Assembly (NCBI GenBank): GCA_039714075.1 | Contig: JBDLKA010000014.1 | Location: 1-52,737, forward strand | Source: Candidatus Krumholzibacteriota bacterium | GTDB lineage: Bacteria > Krumholzibacteriota > Krumholzibacteriia > LZORAL124-64-63 | Reading direction: 5' to 3' | Length of the DNA stretch: 52,737 nt | The notes under the pieces: model-generated | What the model saw: only the letters and a program-made list of their open reading frames with translations | Told to the model about the DNA's origin: nothing | Database searches by the model: none | Position numbers and translations under genes: made by a program | Part shown: in pieces, positions 1 to 9,198 of the stretch | Position numbering within the stretch: position 1 is the first letter of the stretch | Layout: every line of letters begins with the position of its first letter

Positions 1-2339
1 GGATGGGCTCCGTTCAAGACCGTCGCGACCGGAACGTTCTCGGGTTCGTCCACGTCGCTGATACCCATCAGGATCGTCAGCTGGTACTGCCCGTCCAGGT
101 CGAAATCGTCCGGCGTAGCCTTGAACACCGTCAGCCCGTACCAACCGGCGGTCGCGATGCTGATGGTGAAGAACTCTCCCTGTCCCGGACCGGCCATATA
201 GGACGAGGCGCCGAACATGGCGTCCTGCCGTCCCATCAGCCCGCTGGCGTAATCATGCAGGTCCATGCCCCAGTCCACCGCCGGACCCAGGTTGTCCACC
301 CGGAAGGCGTACACGTCCGGCACCAGGTAGATGTCGTAGATGTGGAGCATGTTGGAAGCAAACATGCTGTAGGGACCGTAGCGGCCGTGCGTGGGCTGGG
401 GCAGGGTGGTCGAGCCGACGGCCTCGACCGTGTATTCTTCGGATCCCAAAAGATTGGTCACCCCGACATCATAAACACCCGGGGCCAGGACGCGATTGTT
501 GACCAGCAGGTAATCCGTTTCCCCCGCGGAAGACCATGAACTGCCCAGGTAGTCGTTGAAGCCGTCCTTCACTCCAACGAGCGGGTTGTGGAAATCGAGA
601 TCGTAATCACTGCCCGGCCCCTGGGTCAGGACCATGCCTTCCCACTGGTGGGCGCCGGTCTGAATGCGGTAGCCGTCGCAGTTTCCGAACCAGGGTTCGC
701 CCGAGCCCAGGGACGGATAGCCGCCGATAACCGGACCGGGATAATGATGGCTGTACACCTGACCGGGAGCCAGTTCCAACGGCGACCAGCAGTACTGCTC
801 GGTGTAGACGTTATTGCTTTCGTAGATCTCGTGTATGACCTCGGTGTGATCCAGCTCCATGGTCAGGGCGTGCCGCCCGCCTGGAATTTCCCGTCCGATC
901 AAGCCGTAGTGCTTGTACAATCCCGGACCTGGTAATGCGGGCAGTAGGTAGGGGTAGTACCAGTAGTCCATGCCGTCCTGATAAACGGCCAAATCCGCCA
1001 CCGGCGACGGTGTGAAGCTGTAGTTATGCGCCCCGAAACTGAGGTAGGTTTCCGGCACATATCCGTGCAGGGTGTCGGGCAGGACAACAAGCGAACCCGA
1101 GGGCGGCGGATCCGGCGTGGGCACCAGTTCCGAATGCCAGTAGTGGGGCGGACGGTCAGGAAACAGGTCCGGCGGCATGGGCTCGATGCTCAGGGTCAAA
1201 TCCACCGGCCCCATCCCTTCGTCCGGGTTACGGTAGATGACCAGTCCGTAATATCCGGTCATGGTGATTTCCCGGCTGAGGCGAATGTCCCCATTCTCAT
1301 CACTGAAAAACCATACCAGAGAGAGGTCCGACAAACCAATTTCGGTGGTGCTGGTGTGGAACATACCCATCGCGAATTCGATGCCGGTATTCAGGGAGTC
1401 CGTCGCCGAAACCGTGACATAGCCGATGGCTTCGGAATACGTATCCCATATTTTCAGGCATTCATTGGCCGCGAAGGACACCGTCGTGTTCATTCCCACC
1501 CAGGCCGGCTCGCTGATCACCTGACGGATCTCGAAGCCCTGGTCCCCCTCGTAATGGGTGACCCCGACGTCATAGTCGGTGACCCCCACCGTGTTGCGAT
1601 TGACGATGATCGCATCCAGTTTCCCGGCGAGGAAGCCCGAGTTCACGATCGGCGTCAGGAATCCGTCCTCCGATCCGGTCGAGGGCGCGAAAAGGTGCAG
1701 GTCGTAGTCGTTGGCCGGGTCGTCACCGTTCAGGACGATCGCGTTCCACCACCCGGTGGTCGTGAAACGGAACCCGTCGCAATTCAGCCCGATGGGTGAG
1801 CCGTCGATGATGGAAAAGGTTCCACCGAACGGCGACGGAGGGGTTTGCCGCCAGGTCGGAATCGACGGGCTCAACACAAAGGGCGTGAAAACGAACTGGT
1901 GGGCCCACCAGTTATCGGTCTCGTCGCTTTCCAAAACCAGGTTTTCGTCATCGTGAATCACTTCCAGGGTGTGACGCCCCCCCCGGGCCGACATGGGGCC
2001 GGCGTCCCAGGCAATAAATGCTCCGCCGGGGGGGGTCGAGCTCAGTGTCCAGTAATTCCCAAAGCCGACTCCGTCCAGGGCAAAGGCCCCGCTATGAATG
2101 TCGGGAGTGGCCCCGGTTCCGTTGTTCTGCCCGATCATGTTCCAGTAGATCGTATCCGAATTGCCCGGCAGGGTCGCCGAAACCGTTGCCGGAACCGAGG
2201 TGGGGTTGGCCGTGGTCGGGGTGAGTGGATAGATCATCCGAGTGGCGTCGTACTTGTAGGTAAGATTCGGCAACTGGGCCGCCGCCCCCGCGGTCAGGAA
2301 CAGGACCAGCAGAATGGGTGCCGTAATTCGGTAGAACAT
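1..2339 (-). CDS. Secreted surface protein with duplicated CARDB/PPC-like module, probably ending in a FlgD Ig-like CTD (3' end outside the window); paralogue of 2780..5368
   Basis: Not in the ORF track because it runs off the window. Manual translation from ATG 2339 gives MFYRITAPILLVLFLTAGAAAQLPNLTYKYD...GGRHTLEVIHDDENLVLESDETDNWWAHQFVFTP...NCDGFRFTTTGWWNA. It is collinear with the 871-aa ORF and ends at the window edge in PVATVLNGAH(P), matching PSATALTGVFPNPF of the paralogue. Confidence 0.85.
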   Translation of the reverse strand, partial: MFYRITAPILLVLFLTAGAAAQLPNLTYKYDATRMIYPLTPTTANPTSVPATVSATLPGNSDTIYWNMIGQNNGTGATPDIHSGAFALDGVGFGNYWTLSSTPPGGAFIAWDAGPMSARGGRHTLEVIHDDENLVLESDETDNWWAHQFVFTPFVLSPSIPTWRQTPPSPFGGTFSIIDGSPIGLNCDGFRFTTTGWWNAIVLNGDDPANDYDLHLFAPSTGSEDGFLTPIVNSGFLAGKLDAIIVNRNTVGVTDYDVGVTHYEGDQGFEIRQVISEPAWVGMNTTVSFAANECLKIWDTYSEAIGYVTVSATDSLNTGIEFAMGMFHTSTTEIGLSDLSLVWFFSDENGDIRLSREITMTGYYGLVIYRNPDEGMGPVDLTLSIEPMPPDLFPDRPPHYWHSELVPTPDPPPSGSLVVLPDTLHGYVPETYLSFGAHNYSFTPSPVADLAVYQDGMDYWYYPYLLPALPGPGLYKHYGLIGREIPGGRHALTMELDHTEVIHEIYESNNVYTEQYCWSPLELAPGQVYSHHYPGPVIGGYPSLGSGEPWFGNCDGYRIQTGAHQWEGMVLTQGPGSDYDLDFHNPLVGVKDGFNDYLGSSWSSAGETDYLLVNNRVLAPGVYDVGVTNLLGSEEYTVEAVGSTTLPQPTHGRYGPYSMFASNMLHIYDIYLVPDVYAFRVDNLGPAVDWGMDLHDYASGLMGRQDAMFGASSYMAGPGQGEFFTISIATAGWYGLTVFKATPDDFDLDGQYQLTILMGISDVDEPENVPVATVLNGAH

Positions 2340-2349
2340 GACGGCCCCC

Positions 2350-2763
2350 TTATTTGTGGTCTTCGCGAACCATGGGCACGCCCTTGGCCGGCGGTGCTTC
2401 CATCCGGGTTACGATGTCTTCCAGCTCGGCCACCAGTTCGGTGTTGCCGTCCTGCCGCGCGTAACGCAGCTGGATGCGCATCATCTCGATCCGGCTCTCG
2501 CGTTTGACCTTCGCGGCCTCGCGCGCCAGCGCCATGGCCTCGTCGTCGCTGATCGCGGCATCATGGCGACGCTTGAGTTCCGCCACCCGCAGACTTGCCG
2601 ACTCCATGGCCGCCTGGATTTCCAGCATCATCGGAGAAAGCTCCCGCGCTGGAGCAACAGTCTCGCCCGACTCTACGGGCCTGGCATCCACCTTGACCGG
2701 AGGATCGGCGGCCACCGCCAACGAAGCTGTAACCACAAGCAGGAATATCGCGATCGTTTTCAT
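2350..2763 (-). CDS. Small secreted alpha-helical/coiled-coil hypothetical protein
   Basis: Signal peptide MKTIAIFLLVVTASLAVAA, GGAG-like RBS before ATG 2763, helical E/R/A-rich body; tightly packed between the two surface-protein paralogues. Confidence 0.75.
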   Translation of the reverse strand: MKTIAIFLLVVTASLAVAADPPVKVDARPVESGETVAPARELSPMMLEIQAAMESASLRVAELKRRHDAAISDDEAMALAREAAKVKRESRIEMMRIQLRYARQDGNTELVAELEDIVTRMEAPPAKGVPMVREDHK

Positions 2764-2779
2764 GACTTCTCCCATCGTG

Positions 2780-5368
2780 TTATTTCACAACAACCAGTTT
2801 ATGGACATCCCGGTGCAACCCCGCATGGAAGGTTGCCAGGTAGACTCCGCTGGCCACGCGTCGCCCCGCATCATCGGTGCCGTTCCAGACCGCGGCGTGA
2901 CGACCGGCCGGCATCGCTCCATCGACCAGACGCCGCACCAGCGCGCCCTTCACGTCGTAGATCTCCAGTTCGACTTCGGCCCGGGCCGCCAGTTCATAGG
3001 AGATCGTGGTCTGGGGATTGAATGGATTGGGAAAAACCCCCGTCAGGGCAGTCGCCGACGGCAGGTCGGGTTCATCGGTCACATCACTGATCCCCTGCAG
3101 GATCGTCAGCTGATAGGAACCTTCCTTGTCGAACTCGAAGGGTCCGGTCTTGCACACGGCCAGGCAGTAGTATCCCGCCGTGGTGATGTTCTCGGTGAAC
3201 CACTCCGCGCCGCCGGGGCCGGTCCGGTTGGACAACGCGCTGCCGAGGACCTGCGTCCTGGCGATCCGGTCCACGTTGTTGGGGTGAAGAGCCAGCTCCC
3301 AATCCGCCGTCCCGGCCAGGTTGTCCAGGCGGAAGGCGTGGACATCGGCCTCGAGGTAGATGTTGTACAGGTGGAGCATGTTCGACACGGGCATGGTGAA
3401 CGGACCGTAACGGCCGGAAACCGGAACGGGCAGGTTGTTCGACCCCACCGCTTCGATGGTGTAGGGCTCGTCGCCCTGGAAATTTTCCACGCCGATATCG
3501 TGCAGCATGGACGGCAAACGGTGGTTGTTGAAGACGACGTAATCGGTTTGACCCAGAAAACGCGCCGACCCGCCCAGGTAATCGTCGAAGCCGTCTTTCA
3601 CTCCATCCAGGGCGGTGTGAATCACCAGGTCGTAATCACTGTTCGGTCCCTGGGTCAGGACCATGCCCTCGAATTCGTTGTAGCCGGTGGGAATGCGGTA
3701 GCCGTCGCAGTTGTAGTGCAGCACATGACCCACACCCACGGTTTCCCAGCCGCCCGAGGCCGGCCCCGGTCCGGGGCGGCTGTTCTGTTGGCCCGGTCTA
3801 AGCTCGAGCGGCGACCAGCAGTACTGCTCGCCGAAGTGGTTGTTGCTCTCGAGGATCTCGTGGATGGACTGCGTGTAATCGGTCTCCACGGTCAGGGTGT
3901 GGCGGCCCCCGGGAAATTCTTCCGCCGAGGTATCGTTGGTCCCGATAATGTCCAAAGGGCCCAGCGGCGGGGTCAGGTACGTCACGGGGGAGTCGATGAT
4001 CCCATCGCGGTAGACAGCGACGTCCACCGCCGGAGAACCGGTGTTGCTGAAGTTATATACGGCGAAGTTGAGATAGGTCCGGGGGGCATACCCGTGCAGG
4101 GTGTCCGGAAGTACGGGAAACATCCCCGCGGTTATCGGCATCGGCGTCGGCACCAGGGATGAATGCCACCCGGGCATATCCCACGGCCGCGGATCCGGCG
4201 GAGTGGGCTCGATAACCAGGGTTTGGTCCACCGCTTGCCCGCCGGCGTATTGGTGGCGATGCAACACCAGCCCGTAATACCCTGTGGCGGTGAATTCATG
4301 GCTCATGCGGATTTCACCGATCTCACCATACGTGACCCACCCGGGAACGTCCGACATCCCGACAACGGTCGCGTCTTTGTCGATCCAGCCTACCCTGAAC
4401 GGGATGCCGGTTCTCAGGGAATCGTCCACCGCCACCGTTACCCAGCCGGTATCCCCGATATAGGTATCCCAAATTTTCAGGTACTCGTCGGCCCCGAAGG
4501 TCGCCGTTGTTTTCATCCCCACCCAGGCCGACTCGCTGACCACCTGTTCGATGACGAACTGTCCCGTGCTGTTATCGGATTTTGTAACCCCGACATCGTA
4601 GTCATTGACTCCCACGGTGTTGCGATTGACGAAGAGCGCGTCCAGATAGCCATTGAGGCCATAGGAAAAGGCCAGGCCGCCGATGAACCCGTTTTCCGAT
4701 CCCGTGGAAGGGTTGAAAAGTTCCAGATCATAATCGGCTTGGGAACTTGCGGCATAGAGGGTGACCGCATTCCACCAGCCCGTGCTGGTGAACCGGAATC
4801 CGTCGCAGTTGGAATAGATGGGGGACCCGTCGATAATCGACGTGGTCCCTCCGTCGTCCATCGGTGGCGTGCCCCGGATCTTGGGTGTGCCTACACTCAA
4901 CACGTAAGGCGTGAATACGAACTGATGGGCCCACCAGTTGTCGGTCTCGTCACTCTCCTGGACGAGGTCCGGATCATCATGAACAACTTCCAGGGTATGC
5001 CGGCCGCCCCGCACATTGAGGGCGCCGTTGTTGTAGTTGAAATAGGTGGCGCCGGCGTTCACGGCCGACGACTGGTTCCAGACAAAGAAGTTGTCACCAT
5101 CAAGCTTGAACGTTCCGCTGATGGGCGTGACGGTGGAGGCCGCCCCGTTGTTCTGTCCGGACAGATTAAAATAAATCGCGTGCGCGTTGCCGGGCAGGGT
5201 CGCCGGTACCGTGATCGGAATGGGCGCCGGTACGATGTTGGTGGGCGTTAGCGGATAGGTCATGCTGGGATCATATTTGTAGGTGAGATTAGGCTCCTGT
5301 GCTGAAACCGGCGCAACCGCCGTCGAAACAAACGCCAACATTCCCGCAAGACCAATGATCGCCTTCAT
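2780..5368 (-). CDS. Secreted surface protein: two tandem CARDB/PPC-like repeats plus C-terminal FlgD Ig-like (PNPFNP) domain
   Basis: Signal peptide MKAIIGLAGMLAFVSTAVAPVSA. Internal repeat GGRHTL..ES.N..QF/Y..P..NCDG(F/Y)R..DYDL occurs twice. C-terminus FPNPFNPQTTISYEL..IYDVKGALVRRL..WNGTDDAGRRVASGVY. Confidence 0.85.
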   Translation of the reverse strand: MKAIIGLAGMLAFVSTAVAPVSAQEPNLTYKYDPSMTYPLTPTNIVPAPIPITVPATLPGNAHAIYFNLSGQNNGAASTVTPISGTFKLDGDNFFVWNQSSAVNAGATYFNYNNGALNVRGGRHTLEVVHDDPDLVQESDETDNWWAHQFVFTPYVLSVGTPKIRGTPPMDDGGTTSIIDGSPIYSNCDGFRFTSTGWWNAVTLYAASSQADYDLELFNPSTGSENGFIGGLAFSYGLNGYLDALFVNRNTVGVNDYDVGVTKSDNSTGQFVIEQVVSESAWVGMKTTATFGADEYLKIWDTYIGDTGWVTVAVDDSLRTGIPFRVGWIDKDATVVGMSDVPGWVTYGEIGEIRMSHEFTATGYYGLVLHRHQYAGGQAVDQTLVIEPTPPDPRPWDMPGWHSSLVPTPMPITAGMFPVLPDTLHGYAPRTYLNFAVYNFSNTGSPAVDVAVYRDGIIDSPVTYLTPPLGPLDIIGTNDTSAEEFPGGRHTLTVETDYTQSIHEILESNNHFGEQYCWSPLELRPGQQNSRPGPGPASGGWETVGVGHVLHYNCDGYRIPTGYNEFEGMVLTQGPNSDYDLVIHTALDGVKDGFDDYLGGSARFLGQTDYVVFNNHRLPSMLHDIGVENFQGDEPYTIEAVGSNNLPVPVSGRYGPFTMPVSNMLHLYNIYLEADVHAFRLDNLAGTADWELALHPNNVDRIARTQVLGSALSNRTGPGGAEWFTENITTAGYYCLAVCKTGPFEFDKEGSYQLTILQGISDVTDEPDLPSATALTGVFPNPFNPQTTISYELAARAEVELEIYDVKGALVRRLVDGAMPAGRHAAVWNGTDDAGRRVASGVYLATFHAGLHRDVHKLVVVK

Positions 5369-5473
5369 GGTTTTCCCCCATCGTGACGGATGCACCCGGA
5401 CTCCGAGGGTGGGCCGGGCGCTCTACCAGGTGGGACGTGGGAGAGAATCGAAAATCACATGGTTCGGTGAAAA

Positions 5474-8251
5474 TTAATCGGGAGGTGGCTCGGCAGCCGG
5501 ACGCAGCCGGCGGCGCAGGGCGATGAAAATTGCGACAATCACGACGGCGGCCGCCAGAAAACTACCCGGCGTTCCCCGCGGGTCCCGGACTTCCAGATCC
5601 ACCGCGACGGCTCCATCCCCAACCACAACGAATCCCGCCCAGTAGAAGGGATGGGCCGTGGCTGGCTTTTCCCGGATCGCTTCCTGCGCCCTGGCCAGGG
5701 CCGTCGCCACGTCATGGCCGGCGGACAGTTCCGCATAGAATTCCTTCATCAGCGCCGCGGTGGCGCCATCGTCCACGGGCCACAGACTGGCCACCACCGT
5801 CCGAACGCCCGCGATGAGGAAGGCGCTGGAAAGTCCCAGCACTCCTTCACCCGAAAGGATGCGCCCGGACCCGGTTTCGCAGGCCGACAGAACGGCCAGC
5901 CGGGCTTTCAAATATTGATCCGCGATGCGTCCGGCCTGGATCCGGTCCCCGGGGTCGTTGACATCCAGGATGATCTCCGAAGACCAGGGCCGCTGGTCGT
6001 CGACCCTGGCGTGGGTCGCCAGATGCAGGATGTCATAGCGCCTGAGGTCTTTCGGAACCAACCGGTCCCCGGTTTCGCCACCGACCCTCAGATCGACCCC
6101 GTGGAATTTTTGGGCGAGATGCCGCACTTCGCGGACCGCCCCGGGCAAGGGTTTTCCGGCAGGTGTTTCGGCCCCCGCGGCGGCCAGGATTCCCCGAACG
6201 CGGGGGTTGGCCGGGGTTCTTCCGCGGCGCTTGTATTCGAGGATTTCGGCGGAGGGAATCCGCATCCACACGGGCCGGGTTTCTTCGTTCGATCCGGGAG
6301 CCACGAACGACAGCGGCGCCAGGTTCAGCGGTCCGTCGGGAGCAAAGATGACCCGGCGGCTGCCGGCGATCAGATGGGCGATCGGTCCAAAAATGTCGTC
6401 GCCCAGTTGGGCGCCGGCGGCTTCCACCACCTTCCGGGCCCGGTCCGAGCGATCCGGCGGCGGTGCGGTGGCGAGCATCTCATGAAAAAAGCGCAGCCGC
6501 TTGGCCAGCGTTTTTCCGTCAGGCAGAACAACCACCCGGCATTCGGTTTTGGTCACCGCGAAGAGAATGGATTCCGCGGGTCCGACGTACGTGTCCAGAA
6601 ACAGTTCGCCGTCTTCCAGGATTTCAGTCTGCATCGACCCGAGGGTCGTGGCCGGCCGATCCGTGGCGCGGTCCCAGATTCCGATCCGCTCGGCCAGGGT
6701 GCGCGCCTTGAAGACCTGGATCGCGTCGAAGGCGGCCGCGGCGCTGTCCGGTCCGCCGACCGCAAGGGTCAGGGCCGCTAGCTGGGTGTAGACCACTCGT
6801 CCGGCCGTGCCGCGCTGCTCCCGCCACTCCGGATCGGTGGGCGCGTTGCGGGTGTCGGCCCAGGCTATGGCGGCGGCCTGTAAATGGGTCAGGGCCTCTT
6901 TCGGTTTCCCCAGCGCGCGTTCGGCTCCAGCCGCCCCGGCCAAAGCCATCATCCGGTGTCCCTGCAGGCCCGCGGTGGTCGCGGCGTCGATAGCGTATTG
7001 ATATCGCGCCAAAGCTTGTTCGGGTTGCCCGGTCTCCAGCAGGCGATCGCCCAAAGACAACTCGAATTTGATCCGTCCGGCGCCATGAAGACGGCCTTGG
7101 CTCCTTTTTTCTTCATCGAGCAGTGCTTCCAGGGCTACTGCCGAGCTGTCCATTTCCGCCAGTGTCCCGGCGTAACCGATCATGCTTTCGATCCGGTTTT
7201 GGATATCCAGGCTCGCGTCGTCACGCCTCAGAATACGCCGGTGAATGGCCACTGCTTCGTGGCGGCGTCCCTGCAGGCGGCGGACATCGGCCAGAACCCG
7301 CAGGACAAAGGCTTCGCGATCGAGAAAACTTCCCGCCTCGCATTCCTGCAGCAATTGCGTGAGCAGCGCGGCCGCCTCGTCCAGCCGGCCCAGATGCATC
7401 AGGCAATTCGCCTCGTTGGTTCCGCTGGAAACCGCGTCCTGACGCTGGCTGATCTGAAGCTGCAGTTCCCGCGCGCGCCGGAAGTGATTCAGCGCCACGC
7501 CCGGGTCACCCAGCGAGAACTCCAGCGCACCCGTGTTGTTCTGCGCCAGGGCCTCGACCGCCTTGTAGCCGATGCGCCCCGCCAGGTCGGCCACCTCTTT
7601 GTAGGTGGCGGCGGCCTCCGGGAAACTTCCGTCCAGTTGGAGCACCGCGCCCAGCCCGTTGAGGGTCCAGACCACCGCCGCGGTGTCGGCGAGATCCTGG
7701 AAAAGCCGGACGGCCAAGCGGTATTCATCCGCCGCGGCGGTGTACCATCCTTCCTGCCCGTCCCGGTAGGCCAGACCGACCCGGGCCCAGGCTTCGTGGC
7801 GATGGTCTTTCCGGGCCAGGGCAATCGCAAGCTGCCTGCGGTAGATGAGCTCCGCCTCGGTCGATCTTCCCTGTTGTTCCACCGCGTACCCAAGCCAGCG
7901 CAGGGAATCGCACCAGCGCAGGGAATCTTCCAGGGCTTCGGCTAAGCGGGCCGCTTCGCGCAAAAGGGGCTCGCCTTTTTTTGGCTGGCCGAAGGCGGCC
8001 CAAAGGCGGCCCAGTTTGGAGACCAGAGGCAGGGTGAACGCGGAATCTTCGGCGGCGCGAGCCCGGGCGAGGCGGGGCTCGATATAGGAGGCGGCGGCAT
8101 CGACCTGACGGGTGGAATGCAGAGTATCGATATGGGCCAGGATTTGGTCCCGGGATTGGGGCGAATCCGCCCATGCAGCCGTTGCGATCAGAACGCCTGT
8201 GGCAGCAATAATAAGGACCCAAATCCGGGCCGGGGAGCAGCGTTTCGGCAT
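5474..8251 (-). CDS. TPR-repeat CHAT (caspase-like) protease with signal peptide and C-terminal membrane anchor
   Basis: TPR-like helical repeats; CHAT motifs FAPDGPLNLAP, LPGAVREV, ILHLATHA (His), VLSACETG (Cys), VVASLWPVDD, HPFYWAGF; N-terminal hydrophobic segment ending AWA; C-terminal FLAAAVVIVAIFIALRRR. Alternative TTG start at 8272. Confidence 0.9.
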   Translation of the reverse strand: MPKRCSPARIWVLIIAATGVLIATAAWADSPQSRDQILAHIDTLHSTRQVDAAASYIEPRLARARAAEDSAFTLPLVSKLGRLWAAFGQPKKGEPLLREAARLAEALEDSLRWCDSLRWLGYAVEQQGRSTEAELIYRRQLAIALARKDHRHEAWARVGLAYRDGQEGWYTAAADEYRLAVRLFQDLADTAAVVWTLNGLGAVLQLDGSFPEAAATYKEVADLAGRIGYKAVEALAQNNTGALEFSLGDPGVALNHFRRARELQLQISQRQDAVSSGTNEANCLMHLGRLDEAAALLTQLLQECEAGSFLDREAFVLRVLADVRRLQGRRHEAVAIHRRILRRDDASLDIQNRIESMIGYAGTLAEMDSSAVALEALLDEEKRSQGRLHGAGRIKFELSLGDRLLETGQPEQALARYQYAIDAATTAGLQGHRMMALAGAAGAERALGKPKEALTHLQAAAIAWADTRNAPTDPEWREQRGTAGRVVYTQLAALTLAVGGPDSAAAAFDAIQVFKARTLAERIGIWDRATDRPATTLGSMQTEILEDGELFLDTYVGPAESILFAVTKTECRVVVLPDGKTLAKRLRFFHEMLATAPPPDRSDRARKVVEAAGAQLGDDIFGPIAHLIAGSRRVIFAPDGPLNLAPLSFVAPGSNEETRPVWMRIPSAEILEYKRRGRTPANPRVRGILAAAGAETPAGKPLPGAVREVRHLAQKFHGVDLRVGGETGDRLVPKDLRRYDILHLATHARVDDQRPWSSEIILDVNDPGDRIQAGRIADQYLKARLAVLSACETGSGRILSGEGVLGLSSAFLIAGVRTVVASLWPVDDGATAALMKEFYAELSAGHDVATALARAQEAIREKPATAHPFYWAGFVVVGDGAVAVDLEVRDPRGTPGSFLAAAVVIVAIFIALRRRLRPAAEPPPD

Positions 8252-8445
8252 GACGGCTCTCGTTTGGCTCAACCGGGGCGATGCGCCTGGTCAGAATCTC
8301 CCCAAGTGGTACTCCCTGTCAATGTTGGGGAAGAGTTTTGACCTTGGATTTCCAAAATATTCTCGTCGGATACCCACAACCGGACGGGAGGCGAGCCGGA
8401 AGCGGATATCACAGGGCAGGGCAATATTCTCTGTATACAGTACAC

Positions 8446-8465
8446 AGGTGTCCCCGGGGGCACTT
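8446..8465. repeat. 20-bp palindromic REP-like element, copy 1 (AGGTGTCCCCGGGGGCACTT)
   Basis: 18/20 identical to the perfect palindrome at 15977..15996; intergenic. Confidence 0.6.
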
Positions 8466-8526
8466 TTTTAGTTTAACCTGTTTATTTTCAGTTGTTTACG
8501 GTTTTTCGCGTTACTCCATGTTGCTG

Positions 8527-8603
8527 TTGACAATATTTTTGTTGTCAATAATTTGTCTTTGTAAATAAATATGTTGTCAACTTTTCCGTGTTCAGTGACA
8601 ATA
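8527..8603. promoter_or_regulatory. Candidate operator array (TTGACAA/TTGTCAA half-sites) upstream of the HTH gene
   Basis: TTGACAA-N8-TTGTCAA at 8527..8548, another TTGTCAA at 8574..8580 and TGACAATA at 8596..8603, in an AT-rich divergent intergenic region. Confidence 0.4.
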
Positions 8604-8644
8604 ATTAAGCTCCAATCCAACCACCCCAACCAGGGAATGCCGCC

Positions 8645-9061
8645 ATGCCCCGCAAAAACCTCCACCTCACCCGCCAAAAACTGGACGCCACCCTGGCCCG
8701 CTTCGAACCGGTCGCCGACCTGGCCCCGTCCGACAAGGGTTGGATCCGCACCATCCGCCGGGCCCTCGGCATGAGCGGCCGGCAGCTCGCCAAGCGGCTG
8801 GGATTGTCCAAACAGAGTGTGGCCCGCATGGAAAAAGACGAAATGACCGGAGCCCTCTCCCTCAAAACCCTCAGCCGCGTGGCCGAGGGCCTGGATTGCG
8901 TGCTGGTCTACGGGCTGGTGCCCCGCGAAAGTCTGGAAAAATTGATATATGATCGGGCCCGGACCCTGGTGGGCGGACAAAATGCCAGCACCGACGAAAC
9001 CACCACCGGGAATCTGGTCGATGATCTGGTCGTCAGGATGCCCCGGGATTTCTGGGACTAG
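8645..9061 (+). CDS. Mobile mystery protein A-like XRE/HTH protein
   Basis: KGWIRTIRRALGMSGRQLAKRLG..SVARMEKDE..SLKTLSRVAEGLDCVLVYGLVPRESLE and the terminal FWD are characteristic of the mobile mystery protein A family. Confidence 0.85.
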   Translation: MPRKNLHLTRQKLDATLARFEPVADLAPSDKGWIRTIRRALGMSGRQLAKRLGLSKQSVARMEKDEMTGALSLKTLSRVAEGLDCVLVYGLVPRESLEKLIYDRARTLVGGQNASTDETTTGNLVDDLVVRMPRDFWD

Positions 9062-9198
9062 TTGGATACCCAACCAACTTTCTTTTTGCACCCATCCCAC
9101 CAGCCCCACATACCATTGCCCCCGACCCGGATATCCGTTATCCTCCCCAACCTGAAGCAACCCATACCCAACGGCCCCAGCCAAAGGCCTGCCCCATC

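Noticed and set aside
3..2507. Several + strand ORFs in the first 2.5 kb
   Set aside because: They lie opposite the real minus-strand gene 1..2339, which is identified by paralogy.
8431..8447. CTGTATACAGTACACAG resembling an SOS box
   Set aside because: Spacing is CTGT-N9-ACAG rather than N8, and the E. coli-type LexA box is not expected in this lineage.
8468..9184. 238-aa minus-strand ORF
   Set aside because: Overlaps the well-supported HTH gene on the opposite strand; no motifs.
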